Positions 47,298-62,172 of a DNA stretch of 64,000 nucleotides are shown one piece after another. The stretch comes from Geosiphon pyriformis uo1. Taxonomy: Eukaryota; Fungi; Glomeromycota. The notes under the pieces were generated by a model, which ran no database searches, was not told the origin of the DNA, and was given only the letters and a program-made list of their open reading frames with translations. How positions within the stretch are numbered: the first letter of the stretch is position 1; each line of letters begins with the position of its first letter. The stretch covers positions 1,487,892-1,551,891 of the forward strand of contig JAAOMT010000664.1 of assembly GCA_016748015.1 (NCBI GenBank), read 5' to 3'. The translations under genes were made by a program, and so were the position numbers.

Positions 47298-50200
47298 TCA
47301 AAACTTTGAAATATCCCTTCCGAAAATGGCACACTATAAAAGAAAAATGTCAAACTAATTACATATTTCGTGAAATTATCAGTTATGTTAAATAAACCTA
47401 CCTTTGTCCAATCCAATGCTAGCAAAGACCGATTACGAAAAGAAACTTGCTCACTAAAATAAACACTTCTCCATAAATAAACCGCAGACCAGCCTCCCAT
47501 CCAGGTCCAACCCATACCAAAATCCGCAACAGCTGCGTTGCCAATGTAAGCCATAGACCCCAGATGAGCATAATTGAAAGGATACAACTGGTCGTCGAGA
47601 TCAGGGGTGGGCTTTTCAGTCTCCAAATCAAATTTCTTTGATGGAACTATTTTAGTTTTCTCTCCCAGAGCAAGTGTGTTGAGTTTCTTCCCGAGGTACT
47701 TACCTTAAAAGGGTTTAAATTGAACATGATTATGTTATTGAGAAAACAACGCAAATATTTAGTAGCCCACCTTGTTGATGTGCCACTTGAGCGGTCTTTC
47801 GAAAAAATGAATCAGGTTAATTTTGAATATTTGATTATATCAGAACATTTTATACTTACTGCCGGCAATGAAGTCAATTTTTTGTCAATGTCACGAAACA
47901 TTACTCTCAACTCTTCCAATTCAAGAGTGTCTAATAGTAAGTAAAAAAGTCAGCCACTTCTCATATTAATAGACTTGATTCAATTTCTCTGTACCGCTTT
48001 TATCTTTGTCGTAATCCTTAAAAAGGGAACTAGCTTTCTTTAAATGACTTGCTGTTATTGGGTAGTGTTCGGAAATCTTTTTAGCCAGTGCGGTAAACTC
48101 TTGATGATCCAAGTACCCGCTTTTGTCTTTGTCAGCGTCAACAAAAAACTGCACCAATCGTTCCACTAATTGTGGATTTTCAATAGTGGCACAATCTCCA
48201 AGAGCATAGACTGTTGAATCCGGAGCCCCTTTCAGGCGAAGTCGGTTATCAACGATAAGAGCACGTTTGTTTTTCTGTGCCTCCAGTTTTTCCGATATCG
48301 TTTTGGTCAGTGGATTCATGTCTGTATTAAAATCTCAATTAAAAAATCTTGATGCGTTTTAAAAATATCAACTTTTGAAAGATGGTCGAACCTATTCCCG
48401 TTGACCATAGAACTAACCCATATGGGAGTTCTTTTTCCTCTCCGCTTTTTTTGTCTTTGTATACAATATTTTCTTTACCAATTTTCTGAACCCGAGCACC
48501 GGTTATGAGATTTATGTTGTCGCGCTGAAACTTTTTCTGTATCGGGAATAAGTAAACTTCAAAAAACTGTAGTATAATAAGCAAAATTATTCACAAAATC
48601 TTGCAACATTACCTCAGCAAACGTACTTATCTTGGCATCATATGTGTTTAGTATATGATCTTGGCTCTGAATTATTGAGACTTGAACTTCTTTCCTAAGA
48701 ACTTTTGGGAACTGCTATAAAGTCAATATTTCGTTGCGATAAAATGAGTGAAACTTCAGACGTAAATTAAACTCACATATTTCACCAAATCCTCAGTCAA
48801 AAAGTCATACAATTCGGCGGCAAATTCAACACCTATAAGTGAATGCGTCAAAAAATATTTCCAAAAAGGAAATGGAAAAGAAAAGTATAATTAATCAGAC
48901 CAGTAGGACCTTGTTAAAAAATAAGTAAAGATTATTGAGTCAGTGGTCATTTAGCAAAAATCGGAAAGAAGACTTCACAGATTAAATATACCTCCACCAC
49001 AAACGACAAAGCTTAAGAGCCTTTTGCGATCATTAGGTGGAACGTTGGGCAGAGAAGCTTTTTCAAAGTTATCCAATATATTCTTTCGAAGTTTACGGGC
49101 ATCATTGATGGTTTTCAAGAAATGGCAGTGTTCTACTCCCTCGATACCATGAGTTATTGGTCGTGAACCAACGGCAATAACAAGCTATAATTAACGCAGT
49201 ATTGAATTACAATTTAATAAATGAGTAGAAACGTAATATAATGGTAATAAAAGTTATTTTAAAAATAGTCATCCAAACCTTATCATATGGAACATAAAAA
49301 GAATTATTTGGATCACCAACGGGATTAACCAAAACAAGTTTCTCTTCAAAATCTACATCAGAGGCATTAGCCTCCAAGTAATGCCCTTTAATTCGTTTTA
49401 ATATACTCCGAATAGGTTCCAGTAAAGACCTTTTTGGGCCAAAATGCGAGGAATATGATATCAAAGAAACACTTATAACTGCAAAATGAAATCAAAGAAT
49501 TTTCTTTGTCGATTTGTTATGTCTCTCTTTGCGCATAAGGCAATGTTTCCCGATGGCTATATATTGACCTGTGGTTGTAATCAGTCGTTATCCAAAAACT
49601 TTTTTAATCGTTTACCTAGACTCGAGAGTTCCTACGCAAGATGACGGTAAGAGAGGGGTAAACCTAAAAAGGAAAATCACAGGTGTTTTAATATTGTGAC
49701 ATTTAAACATGCGTTAGATCAATTACGACGTAATTTAGCATATACCAATAACGCAAAAGGATAGAGAACGAATTTGAATTGAAACTTACAAGAAATAATT
49801 CCTACATTATTTACAAGACATTAAGTTATGAGTACAATAAAAAGAATTATTTTGATAATTCTTGGCTCACTTACTGTGGAGATATCACAGTTACTTGATA
49901 TTGATCTTTGTCTAGCTCTTTCAATATTGATACCGCCTCAATGGTGAGAAAGCATTTATATCATAAATTATGTTTAAGAATTCATTAAATTAGGTCTTGT
50001 AAGAAATATTAAATCACTTACCCCCCAACCTGACCCCAAGATTACTAGTCTTGGTTTATTAATTTCGTCATCCTTTTCGTCTGTTAAGTGGAAGGCAATT
50101 GGTAGATTCTTGGGGCCACCTATTGGGCCACAAGTAATTATTTCCTTTGGCTCATGTTCTTGTGATTCTTCTTCGGTACGCTTAGAGTCCATGATTAAAA

Positions 50201-50531
50201 GCCCAATACCCCCGACCACAGTAACTACCATTATCGTTAGAATTACCTGCCATCGTTGGCGAATTTTGACACTTGAATTGCTAACATTGGTAGCTTCTTT
50301 TAAGCTTGAGTTGCTCGCAACATCACTTGAAACATTTCTCCTCGGGCTAATTTGCCCAAGAGTAAAACAACGAATAGGAGGGAATTTGTGGGTCCGCAAA
50401 GGAAATTGCCCGTTTTGAGCGTAAAGAGTGTTTGTTGAGTTCTTTAAATATAAACTGTTTCGCTTAATAAATGAAGTAACATCACTCTTGCTCTTGAAAT
50501 ACTGGCGCTTGAAGATGGGAAATCTTAACAT
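47298..50531 (-). CDS. Type II (alternative) external mitochondrial NAD(P)H dehydrogenase with EF-hand insert, many exons
   Basis: GPIGGPKNLP, LGSGWG, FTPLLPS, GGGPTGVEFAAE, ALGDC, DKDKSG EF-hands, PATAQVA.QQG.YL, FGRDIS. Confidence 0.93.
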
Positions 50532-52162
50532 GTCCAACTGGTGGTGGGAACGATAAATCAGTGATAAATTGATTAAATTTTCACACTTATAAAATTGAGT
50601 CACTGAGAAAATAAGATTTCGAGTTTTTTAGCTTAAAATGGATTAAGTACTTTAAAATCAAAGGTTTGTATTAAGTGTAAAAACTTTTAATTTTTTAATT
50701 TATATAAAAATATTTTAAGCTGGTTTATGTGCTTTTTACATATAACTAGTCATTCGAACCAATTAAAACTATATTACACTAAATCAAAAACTGAATTTAC
50801 AAACAAATTATTTGCATCTATTTTATAAATCTCAAAATTCACATTTTTATTATTATACACAAAATTGCTTAATTAACTATATAAATCTTAAAAAATTAAT
50901 AATCTATTGTGTTATTACCTAAAAAAGAAGGTTTATTTTTATTTATTTTATTATTATTAAAAAACATGTATTATATTTTTTTAACTTTGGTAAAATCTTT
51001 TTTTAAGCCAAAAATTAAATTATTTAATTTATTAATCATTTTTAATATTTTAAAAAACTTTGTATTAATAATTACATTAGAAATATTTTAATATTTAATA
51101 AAAAACAATAATAACTACTATAAAATTAATATATTTAATAAAAATTAACAAAAAATATCTTTTTTTTATTAATTTTTTGATTACAAAGAAAGCTAAAAAA
51201 AAATCAAAAAATATTTTATCATCTTTTTTTTATATTCAGTTTTTTTCTAAGTTATTTTTCAACATATTTTTGTTTTTAATATTAAACATAATAAGCATTC
51301 TTATTGTTGGTTTAATAAAGATAGAAACAGAATAAAAACTTGTTTAAATATTTAAAAAAATACTTTTGTATATATATTAAATAAATTAAATTAAAACTAA
51401 AAAACTTGTTATTAAAATATTATCAATGAATTTTTCTGCTAGTTTTTTAAACATAAAAATAGATAAATTTGATAAAAGTTTTAAATTTATGTTTTAAAAA
51501 AGTAAATTAAATAGTTATTATAATAATATTAGTAAAAAATCAATTATTAAAACCATAAAAAAAGTTTATATAAAAAAAGAGTTTTATTAATAACAAAAAA
51601 AATTTTTTGAGAAAATAAATAAATTTATTAAACAATTTAATTTTAATATTTTAAACAATAATAAAATTTTTAATTTTTTTTGTGTTTAAAAATTAAAGTT
51701 TTTTGTTTTAATTTATATTAAAAAAAGTGTTTAATTCTATTAAATTTTAATTAATCTTTTTAAGTTAACTATAAAATTAGTTTTTATTAAGTTTAATAAG
51801 ATAATATTAATTAAAATATAATTTATTAATTATAATAAAAAGCTATAATAAAATTTATTAATAACAAAATTATTAAGTTAATAACTTTTAATTAATTAGT
51901 TATAATTAATAAAAATTTAATATATATAATTAAAACTAATATTAATAAACATTTATGAATTTCTAAAAATTATTATTAAGTGTTTTTTATATATTATTAA
52001 TAAATATAATAGTTTATTTGTTTAATTTTTAATATTTTATAATAAAAAATTTTGTATAATAAATAAAAACTTGGTTTTTTATATTTATATTAAATATATA
52101 ATAATTTAGTTTAAAATTAAAAAAATTAAAAAAACTGTTTTATATATAGTTTTTTTTTTCTA

Positions 52163-55100
52163 TATTCTAAATTCTCCAAAGAGCATAATTTCAATAAAAA
52201 AGTTTTTTTATTTTTTTTGTTATTTATTGTCAATATTTTTCAATCCAATAACTTTTTTATTGTAAACTTGAAAGCTGCTTTAAACAATAATATGTCTAAA
52301 AAAAATGTTTAAAAAAACTTTTTATAATCCAGCTAATAGCTTTTTTTTCAAAAAAAAAAATTGTTCTTGGTAATATTAAACATATTATTGGTCAAGTTAA
52401 ATTCTAATAATATGTATTTAGATTTAAACAATATATTTAATAGTGATAAAAATAATTTTATTATAGAAGATATTGATAATAAGTTTCTTTTAAGCTTAAC
52501 AGCAACTACTTCCAAAACTAATAAAATTAGTACTGACATAATTTATAGTGTCTTTCTTGGTTTTTTCAATTTTAACATAGAAAAAAAAGTAGAACTCCTT
52601 CTATTTTTCCTTAATATATTTCTAAACAAAAAATAAATTGATTCTAAAATTGTTAAAACTCAGATAAAAATAATCATTAAAAAAATTTTTGTCTTAAATA
52701 TTAATTTATTAGCAATAAAAAACAAATTAACAATAACCAAAACTCAAATAATTAGAATTTTTTTTTCAATAATCAATGATTTTAAAAGGATTATTACTTT
52801 TTCAAAATTTAAAAAAATAATCAAATCTATGTTCATATTAAAGAAAAACATGAATAAAACTATATTATTGGTTTAAAAAAAAGGGATTATTATAAACAAT
52901 AATATCAAGAAACAAAAAATCAAATTAGATTAGACTGTAGTCATTAAAAAAATTCTTATAGATATGCTAAAAAAAATAATTATTGTCATAGTATCTAAGT
53001 ATAATCAAATTGTGTTTATTAAATTACAACTGATTAGACTATAACAAAAAACTATAGTAGAATTTGCCAAATTAAATCAAACTGATCAATTGGCATTTAA
53101 GTAGTTATTTCTAATTAATATAAATTTAGTATATATAATAAAAGCTATAAAAGATTGAGATGTTTAAATGTTTAAAAATTATTTTAGGACATTCTTGTTT
53201 ACTTTGTCTGTAAGTACAATTGTGTATAATTTTGGCATTCTTTTGGCATTTTTTTGGAAAAAGCTGGTGAAAAAATTTGTATTATTAATTAGTTATTTAA
53301 AACTGACAATAGGGTTTGCTGTATTGTGGTTAACTTTAAGTCAAAAAAAAATTGGAATTAGTTTTTTGTATAAAACTTATTTTTGGTAATATAAAACTTT
53401 TTTAAACAAGAATGAGTTTAGTTTATTGTAAAAAATATAAGCATTTTGGATATTTTGTTTTGGAATATAATACACCAAATGCTTTTATCTCTTAGTTTTT
53501 AAGAGTTTATAAATAGTCTGTTTTGAATAATGTTTGCTTACAGTTGGCAAGATTATATGCTAAAAAAAGTGTTTTTATATTCTGTTTTACTGTTTTTGGT
53601 AACAAAACATAAGCTCAAATAATTTTGTTTATTGTATTTTCTAATAATACTTATCTTAATTCTGTTTCTGTTTTATCTTTTTTTGGTGTTTTATATATTA
53701 ATAAAGCTTTTTTTGTTGTTCTAAATAATTTGTTTATTAATGCTTACCTGGTCTTTTTAAAACATTCTTTGAAATTTTTGGTCAATTAAATATCTAGTAT
53801 TATGTAAAAATTAAACAATATAAATTTGGTGCTTTTGATATCTATTTCTTAATTTTTTTCCTTAGCTGTTCTAATGTTTTTAAACTTAAGATTAAATTTG
53901 AATATAGTTTTAAATAAATCTTTAATATCATTTCTTTCCTTATTTTTAGTTGTAAAAAACAAATTTTCAGATTTATGTTTAAGTAATTCAAAGATTCTAA
54001 TTATTAAAATTGGTGGCTTGGAATTAAAAATAATTGCTCTTAAAATTTCTATTAGTTTGGTTTTAAAGAAGTTAGATTAATTGTGTGCTGGCTCAAGTTT
54101 TTTAATATATTTTTAATTTTAATAAGTAAATTTATTTGGAAAATAGCTATATATAATATTACAGATATGAACAATTTGGCCAAGCAAAAAAACATTTTTT
54201 AATAATATGTAAATTCTGAAAACATAATATCTATTATAACAGAAACAAAACTTAAGTTTAACATTAAATTATAGATAATAAGCAGATTTAATAAGGTCTG
54301 AATGTTTATATCTGATTTGGAAAATGGCTTTCTTAGTGCTAATGTAACCATTATTATAAATAATTTTTTGGTTTATTATGTTATAAAAGTAGAAGAAATT
54401 CCTGGTTAAATAATTTTAGTTTGTTTTCTGTTTAAGAGCAAATTGTTAGTTGTGGTTTTGAATTTGTATGCTAAAACATTAATTAAAATTAAATTTATAC
54501 AAGCTTCTAATGTTAACTTTTTTATTTTTAAGACAACTAATTTTAGTTTATTTATAATCTTAGATGGTAATTTTAATATAAATAATTCCAAAAAGTGTGT
54601 AAGTCTTAACAAGTGCTCAAATATGAATTTGATGAATTCTTTTAGTAAATGCTTTTTGGTTAAAAATCTTACTTGGTGCAATTTTAGAGAAGTCAAAAAA
54701 GTTATTAATTATATTTTTTTGAGTAAAAATTTTATTATTAACTGTCATAAATTGTAATATTGGTTCTGTTTCTAACTTTTTTAATACTAATTACAAAACA
54801 GTATTATAGGAGTGTTTTCTTGGTATATTTTAATTGTTGATTTTCTGTTTTAATTGCAATCAGTCTCTTATGAGTTCCTTTATTTTATGTGTTGGATATT
54901 AATGATAATGTACTGAAGATTTTCTCTTGATGTTGTGATATAAGTTTTCTCTTTAATTCTAGTTGTTTTTGTATGTTGTGTACTCCTTTTCAGAGACTAA
55001 TCTGAAATCTACTCACTGTCTAAGGTCTTCTTTGAGACTATCTTTACAATTGTCTAATATGTTTTTCTAATTTAAAAACATGGAATATTAATGGCTTTTT

Positions 55101-57860
55101 CGCAATTTTCCTAAGTATATAATAAAGCTTTTTCAATTTAATTAGTAACCACATAAATAATTTTGATCAGGGATTATTCTTCCAAAGGATTCAAAGATGG
55201 AATGATAGTTTCATTTGCTAAAAAGAATATGTGAATTCTATTGTTAATCTTGTAATTGTGATATTCATTCAATTTATTATTTTTATTAATTCTTTTTGAA
55301 TAAGATTTTATTTAGATATTTGTAGCTTCTAGTTAAAGCTGTTTTTCTTCATCATTAAAAACTATTGTATATATATATATAATTATTGTTTTACAAAATA
55401 ACGTTTTATAATACTCTATTTCCATTATTTCTAAATAGTGCTTGCTGCTATTGTGAAATAGTGCTTGCTGCTTTTGCACAATAGTGCTTGTTGCTATTGT
55501 ACAATAGTGCTTGCTGCTATTGTAAAATAGTGTTTGCTGTTATTTGTAAATCATTTCTTTTTATAAATTGTTGCTGTGCTATTTCATAATTGGCTAATTT
55601 ATATTATTTATAATTCCTATTAAATTTTTGAACTGTAACAACAGTTTTAATTTGGATTGGTTTAGAAGATTTATTAAATATCTATTTAAACAATGCTTAT
55701 AAACAGACTAATAAAGATTGCTAAAAATTCAAAACAAAGAATACAAATAATGCCAAATAGACAAGTTTTAAAAATTGTTTTTTTTTCTAAACTATTAATA
55801 ATACAGTGTAAGTTTTCAAAAACCAAAGATTTCTAGAATTTGAATATAATATAAGAGGTTTTAAGTAAAGTAATAATAGATACAGCTAATAAAATGTTCT
55901 CTAAACATTAATATAGTAAATTTGATTGCTCAAGAAACAAACAGTCTTTAAAATTCCACAAATTAGAATTATCAGTTCTTAAGTTGTTTAAAATACTAAG
56001 TTCAAACAATAGACTGAAATTTAATCATTTTATTAAGATATAATTGTTTGTTAATAAAATGAAATTTTTTGAGATTAATAGCTTAATTTGTAATAGTACA
56101 AATTCTGTGGACATAATTAGACATTTGTCAATAATTAAAAAAAGTTATTATAAGTTTAAGTACTATAAATCTAAGACAGTCAAAAATGCAATTAAGAAAT
56201 ACATGGAGAATTTCAGTTCTAATAAGAGTAGTATAATTAAGAGTGTCTTAGAACAGCCATTTTGGAAGGTGGTTCTGAATTATTTGATAATTGAAGAAGA
56301 GTTAGTTTTAAAGCCAAATAAAATAAAGCTTAAAGTCAATAAGATTATAGAAGATTGGATAAGAAAATATAAGATTTTTTTGGCTTTATTTGATTTATGA
56401 ACTTGTTAATATGTATTTTTAGCATATATAAGTAAAGATGTTTTTTCTGGTGTAATAAGTGTTATTAACATAAAGAATTTAATTTTGGTAATTAATAGTC
56501 TGTCTAATAGTAAAGCTGCTAGTCTATTTAACATAACTAATAACTTTTAAAAACATTATAATAATACAATAATAAAATGTCTCTTGGATATATTAAATAC
56601 TTGTCTGATTCTTGATAATATTCTAGTTTTCTAAAAAAGAGCATGAGTTTTAATGATTCTTAAGTCATATAATTGGAATAGCATTTTAATAAACATATAA
56701 TTCATAATATTAATTGAAATAACTAGGAAGATTTTGTTTAAAATTTTGTTGGATTATATCTCATCTGTTTATAACAAGTTCAATGTTTTCTATAATAAAA
56801 TTTTTTTTGTGTTAAAGAGTATTTTGATTTAATTTTTAGTGTTTGGTATTGGTTTAATCATAAAAAATGCTTTAGAAAAAGACCAAGAACTTTGATTAAT
56901 TTTACAAAACATGTATAAAGCTTATAATTTAGTTGGTTGGTATTATTTAGAAACTAGTTTAAAGCACATTAAGATATATAACAAATTTATTACTTTTTTT
57001 GGTAATATATACAAAAACAGAGTTAATAGAGTAATAACAGATTTTAGTCTTTTAAATAATTACAAAGTGCACAATAAATTGAATTAAGATAAAGTTTTTT
57101 TGCTATTTTTTTGGAGAATTTTTTATAATTTCTTATTGTATAAGATTAAAAAACAAAAACACTTATGTGAATACTAGATTAATATTAATTTTGTGATCAA
57201 AACAAACAGAATAAAGATTAGTAAAGGAAAGACTTTTTTTTTATAATGAATGCTTTTGTAGATAATACTATTTAGATAAAAAATAGTTAGGTTTTAATAC
57301 AGTATATTCTGGATTTGGCTGATCAGTTTTTTAAAATTAATGATATTTGTATTAACAATAACAAAATAGTTGTAATTTTCATAAACCAAAGAATTATAGT
57401 TGCTTTATTATATATTAATAGCCAACTTATTTCTATTGCCAAACATAAAAAATCTTACAAATATCTAAGAATTTTTTTCTCAACAGAAAATATGTTTAAG
57501 CCAAGTTTTATCAAAACTTATTTAAATGTCAAGTTTTTTTCAAACATAGTATTCAGAAAAATATTATTAAATAAACAATTTTCCTACTTAGTTTTAATAG
57601 TTTTATAGTCTATAATTAATTATCAGATACAATTCAGTTTTGTGTCTAAAAGTGTGTGTCAAAAGTCAGATGTTATGATTAAAAAAGAGCTTAAATCTAA
57701 AACTAATCTGCTAAGAAACTTTCTTAATAAGACTTTATATCATCTATTTTTATATGAGCTAAAATTATTTAAGCAGATACAGATAAAAGACAAGATAACT
57801 TTATTGATTTGGTTTTCTAATGTAATAAAAATTTTTGGTTATCTATTTCAGTTAAGGAGA
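52163..57860 (+). mobile_element. L1-like LINE copy 2 (ORF1 ~52292-54124; ORF2 APE-RT from 54122), extremely AT-mutated
   Basis: ILDGNFN (APE); LIEITRKIL, LQNMYKAYNLV, FWRIFYNFLL, AFVDNT (=FVDD) at ~57252. Confidence 0.88.
54802..55640 (-). mobile_element. Solo LTR, type B, with 4-bp TSD ACAG
   Basis: Matches 33501-34366; ACAG at 54798-54801 and 55641-55644; removing it restores LINE frame NYKTVLIW. Confidence 0.93.
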
Positions 57861-58566
57861 TTTTAAATTTTATAGATCAATTCTGGAATAATCTACAAAA
57901 AATTCTTGTAATCTAATTGGTGTTCAGTGTTACTGGAGGTTTTTGGTCTTTTTTCTTGAATGTTGTAACTGTCTGTTGGTTGCAAATTCGCATTTTCTAG
58001 AAGTAGTTGAACCTCCAATAACTGAATTTATCTTCAAATTATCTCCTATAATTTGAACTGCTGGGCTTATAAGTGGAATGGCCAATTCCGTGCCAGTTGC
58101 TTTGTGTAGTTATGTTGTAGTAAACGTCAAATTTTTCCCAGGAATTGCTCATCTGAAAGCTCACTAAAAATGTGTAGTTACTTTGCTGTGAAAGTCAACT
58201 TTTCTACAGGAATCTCGTCTGTAGGCTACCTTAATGATTGTAATAAGAAAAGAAAAGAAAATAAAAGAAATGTAAAAGAAATAAAATTCTGTCAAGAGAA
58301 ACGTTTTCTATCCAGGCCTGGAGTCACTAACAGTTTACTGAAATTGGTAGCTAATCAATTTCGAAATGTTAGTTGAGTTTTGGGAATTTTCCAAGTACAA
58401 TAATTAAAGAATTTGGTTTTTTGAATTATTTGATATTTATTTCTTTTTGTGTGTATAGGAACGGTTTTAAGAGATAAATCTAAAGTAAGATACATTTTCT
58501 TGAAGAGAAAAGCTCTTCTTTTATACAACTTGTTGTAGTAATAGTCTATGAACTTGCACTTTTTTT

Positions 58567-58586
58567 NNNNNNNNNNNNNNNNNNNN
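58567..58586. other. Assembly gap (20 N) inside the U3 repeat array of LTR D
   Basis: Run of n. Confidence 1.
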
Positions 58587-58802
58587 TTCGGCGAATTTCT
58601 GTAAATTTCGGCGAATTTTTGAATGTTACAAAGTTTAGGGTATTGTGTAATTTGATCATTCTACTTTCTGTTATACTAATTGGATTATTTAATTGAATCG
58701 TGATATGTGATAATTGATTAAATAATAAATGATAATTTGAAATGATATTAATATACTAATTAATTATAGGAATTATAAGGGTAATTTTATGCTAATTAAT
58801 AG

Positions 58803-59510
58803 CTAAAATTCTACTGGTAACATAATCTCCTCCTCAAGACTGAGCTCCATTGAAGTCCAAGCACTATCTGTGATATTGAGATAGTGATCCAAAATAATTG
58901 AAGTAATCTGGTCTGAAAATTGTTGAAATTTCAGTTCTGTGAGTTTGCCAATGTATTGGACTTTCATTGGTTGCAATATTAAATTTTGTAGAACATTTTC
59001 ACAAGTATTAAACAAATCATAGAGTCTAAAAGCTGCTCTAAGTTTGTAGCGAGTGTTTGTTGGTCCAGCTGCTGTTTTGAATTCATTATGAATTTGTTTT
59101 TGTATAGCTTCAGGAATAAGATTTGTTGTTTCAAGTTCCAGTTTTCGTTCATAAAGTGTCTTTCCAATGTGAAAGTATTTATAGATAGGAGTGTGTTCAT
59201 TGTTCTGTTCATTGAGAAGTAGTAGAAATTTTTGTTACATTGTAGCATTTGGTGGAATGTCAATAGGGACAATTAAAAGATTTTTTTCCAGTGCTTGTTT
59301 CAAAAGTCTTGGTAATCTATTTTCAGAGTGACTTCTTGTTTTTCTTCTATAGGAGTAATAGTTTTGTGGATGATTTACTACTGGGGCTGTGGTTTTTTTC
59401 TGAATGTAATTAATTTGACTTCCATTAATTGTTATGGATAAGTCAGGAAGTGTTTTCAAGGCTAACATTAACTTTTAAGATATTTATTGAATATTTCGGG
59501 AAATAATCAT
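58803..59510 (-). pseudogene. ORF3 of D
   Basis: Single frame with premature stops; strongly similar to ORF3 of C. Confidence 0.8.
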
Positions 59511-62172
59511 GATAAAATTGACTAATTATAAAAAAGAAGAATAAAAAAAATTATTTTTGGATATAAGGTTTTTATTTGTTTTTGGGTTTGGGTGTTTTTT
59601 TGTAATTATTTACTATTTTTTTTTGTCTTTGTGTTTTTATTAAAGAATTATTGTAAAATTTAAGTGTTTAAGTTTGGTTGTTGTTCTATTATAATTATTG
59701 GTTCTAAATTTTAGAGAATATCTTCAGGATTAATTAAAGGGGAATGTGTACCAATTTGTAGAATTAGTGTTTCAAGATTGTTTCTGGAATGATAGTGTTT
59801 CAATCTGTTTCCATGTGCAACTTTTGCTAGTCTTTTGTCATCAAGTCTTAACTTGTATGATCCATTGCCTAGAATTTCGTGAATATAAAATAGTCCATCC
59901 CATTTGTTTTCAAATTTTCCACTCCATTGTTTTTCAGCCTTAGTTCTGTGTAAAAAAATTTTATTTCCAACTTTAAATTCATTAGTAATAGGTGGTAATT
60001 TATTGTCATGTCTTTCTTTTTGTTGAGCTTGGGAATGTTCAATATAAGTTGCTGCTATTCTTTTTTTTTCTTCCAGTGTATTAAAAAGAGTGTAGACCCT
60101 TCTTTGGAGTGTTTCTTGAAAGTTTTTTTCATTGATTGGTTGTACTGAGTATGTTTTCACTGTGAAATTAATTGGTAATGTTGCTGTCTTTCCATAAGTA
60201 AAATCAAATGGTGTGTGTTTTGTAGTATCTTGTTTTAGCATTCTGTATGCTAATAACACTGATGGAATAAAGATATCCTATTCCTGCTCAAAATCTGTTG
60301 AGATTTTGGCCAACAATTCACACAATGTTCTGTTGAAACGTTCTATAAGTCCATTTGTTTAAAGGTGATAAGGCAATGATAGAGGTCTTTTGACATTGAA
60401 TTATTCACAAATTTCTTGTATCAAGTTGTTCACAAAATGTGTTCTTTGATCAGATAAAAGTTCAATTGGACATCCATGTCTACAAATAATGTCTTTATAG
60501 ATGAAATTTGCTACTGATTTTGCATCTGCTTTTTGGATGGCTCTAGCTTCAGGCCATTTGGTGAGATAATCTACTGCAACTGCAATATAACAATTTCTTT
60601 GAGTTGTAATAGGTAATGATCTGACTAAATCAATTCCAACTCTGTCAAAAAGTTGTCCAACTTTGATTGGATTTAGAGGTTTTGTGGAGCGAGTTCCTCC
60701 TCTTTTTTGACAACTATTACAAGATTCTACATATTGTCAAATGTTTTTTTGCATTTGAGACCAAAAGTAATGTTCAAGAGTTCTTTGAATTGTTCTATCT
60801 CTTCCCAAGTGTGCTGAAGACAAATCTGTGTGCATATTATATAAAATTGTTTCTTTTTTATTCTCTTATACTAATCTGAGTGGTTGGTTTAGGTTTCTGT
60901 AATTTTTATAATAGATTTTGTTCTGGTGTATAAAATATTGTTTTGATTGGTGTTGTAAACAATGTTTTTCATTTGGAGACCAGTTTTCTAGTATGGTAAG
61001 GGTCTCCAAATAATTTTTAAGATTGCTGTAATTTCTGAGATCTATTCTTGTTTGGGTTATTTTGTTGGTAGGTTGGTAAGTTATGGTGGAATTGTTATTG
61101 GTATTAATCTTGTCTCATTCTTGAGAGGCTGTCAACATTGGTATGTAGTTTTCCTGGTTTGTGGTGTACAATATATTTGTAGTTTGCTAAGAAGTCATTT
61201 CATCAAGACTGTTTGGCACTTTGTTCAGTTTTTTTTTATTGAGCCATTTAAGACCAATGTTGTCCATTATTATGTCAAATTTTTTTTCATTCTTTAGATA
61301 TTGTTGAAAATGTTTCAAAGCCCAGATGACTGCAGCAGCTTCTAATTTAGTTGATCCGTATTTTAGTTCTGTTGGTTTAAGTGTTCTACTAGTATAGGCA
61401 ATGACTTGTTCTTGTCCATTTTCATCTAATTGTGATAAGATGGCACCAAATGCTATATGTAAAGCATCAGTGGCTAGTTGAAATCATTTGTTGAAGTCTG
61501 GGTAAGCAAGAACTAGGGCTGTTGTCAATCTTGTTTTGAGGGTTTCAAAAGCTTTTTGTTGTTCTTCTGTCCATTTGTATGGCACATTTTTGTTGGTGAG
61601 GTAATTGAGTAGTTTGGCAATTTCTGAGAATTCCTTTATGAATTTCCAATAGTAGGAGGCTAATTCTACAAATCCTCATAGTTCTGTGGTGTTTCTGGAA
61701 GTTTGAAAGTTTTTGACAGCATTGATTGTTCTTGGATTTGGTTTGACTCCTTCTTTACTAACTATGTGTCCAAGAAAAATCAAGCTTGTTTTTCCAAAAT
61801 GACATTTCTTAATGTTCAACTTTAATCCTGCTTTTCATAATTGTTGAAAAACTTCTCACAGGTGGATAAGGTGGGCTTTAAAGCTTGGTGAGTATACATC
61901 AGTATCATCAAGATAGACAACTACTAATTGCCACAAGAGCCCTTCATATACAACATCTATGAGTTGCTGAAATGTTGCTGGTGTATTGCAGAGTCTAAAA
62001 AGCATAATATTGAACTCATAGTTTCCTTTCTGGGTGGTAAATGCTGTTTTGGGTCGGTTTTTTGGGTCTATTTTGACTTGCCAATATCCACTTTCTAAGT
62101 CTAAAGTTGAGAAAAACTTGGCTTTTCCTAGAGCATCTAGCATGTCATCAATTCTTGGAAGAAGATAGGCAT

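Larger units (their letters stand above)
57928..62172 (-). mobile_element. Gypsy copy D (3' LTR 57928-58822, PPT, ORF3, IN, RH, RT), interrupted by E
   Basis: LTR related to type C; IN ~59680-61045; RT YLDD; RH ends SRMRQD*. Confidence 0.92.
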
